The notes below the pieces were generated by a model. It was given only the letters and a program-made list of their open reading frames with translations. It was not told the origin of the DNA and made no database searches. This document shows, piece by piece, positions 63,827 through 64,000 of a stretch of 64,000 nt of DNA; the stretch's first letter is position 1; each line of letters begins with the position of its first letter. A program made the translations under genes and the position numbers. This DNA is from Botryllus schlosseri (lineage: Eukaryota). Location of the stretch: NCBI GenBank assembly GCA_051294905.1, contig CM119378.1, positions 4,404,001-4,468,000 of the forward strand. Direction: 5' to 3'.

Positions 63827-64000
63827 ATATATAACATACACGTGATCAAATTCCCTGCTGGAGCTCATTGAAATTTAGGACACCCATTACGTTTCGGCAA
63901 CATTGCACCAAGTTTACCATGTCTTGTTTCGATCGGGTAGCTGTTCACTAAAAATAAAGCAAGGCTAGCGATCTCTCTGACTTGAATCGATGACGTTGGA

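Overview
Eukaryotic (animal) genomic DNA. The 56-63 nt short introns, dense MITEs and protein similarities suggest an invertebrate chordate such as an ascidian, but that is inference only. Three protein-coding loci can be read. (1) The 3' 16 exons of a PLEKHH1/2 (MAX-1-type PH-PH-MyTH4-FERM) gene on +, 1835-14363, with one GC-AG intron. (2) A complete 16-exon CNOT2 gene on +, 21031-41326, about 535 aa. (3) A BTB-BACK-BACK-Kelch gene on -, 42856-44888, with no intron in the CDS and broken by a 1-nt frameshift; a decayed paralogue lies at about 52450-52975. The rest is a dense, nested mobilome. It includes Penelope-like fragments (GIY-YIG end plus pLTRs carrying minimal hammerhead ribozyme motifs, several ending 30-45 nt upstream of 3' splice sites) and a 4.3-kb non-autonomous LTR element with identical LTRs. 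There is also an 811-bp TRIM-like element inside a hAT transposase relic, a 3.4-kb Foldback/Mutator element with 9-bp TSD, many MITEs with 8- or 9-bp TSDs, and minisatellites. All homology calls come from recognising motifs by eye, not from database searches.
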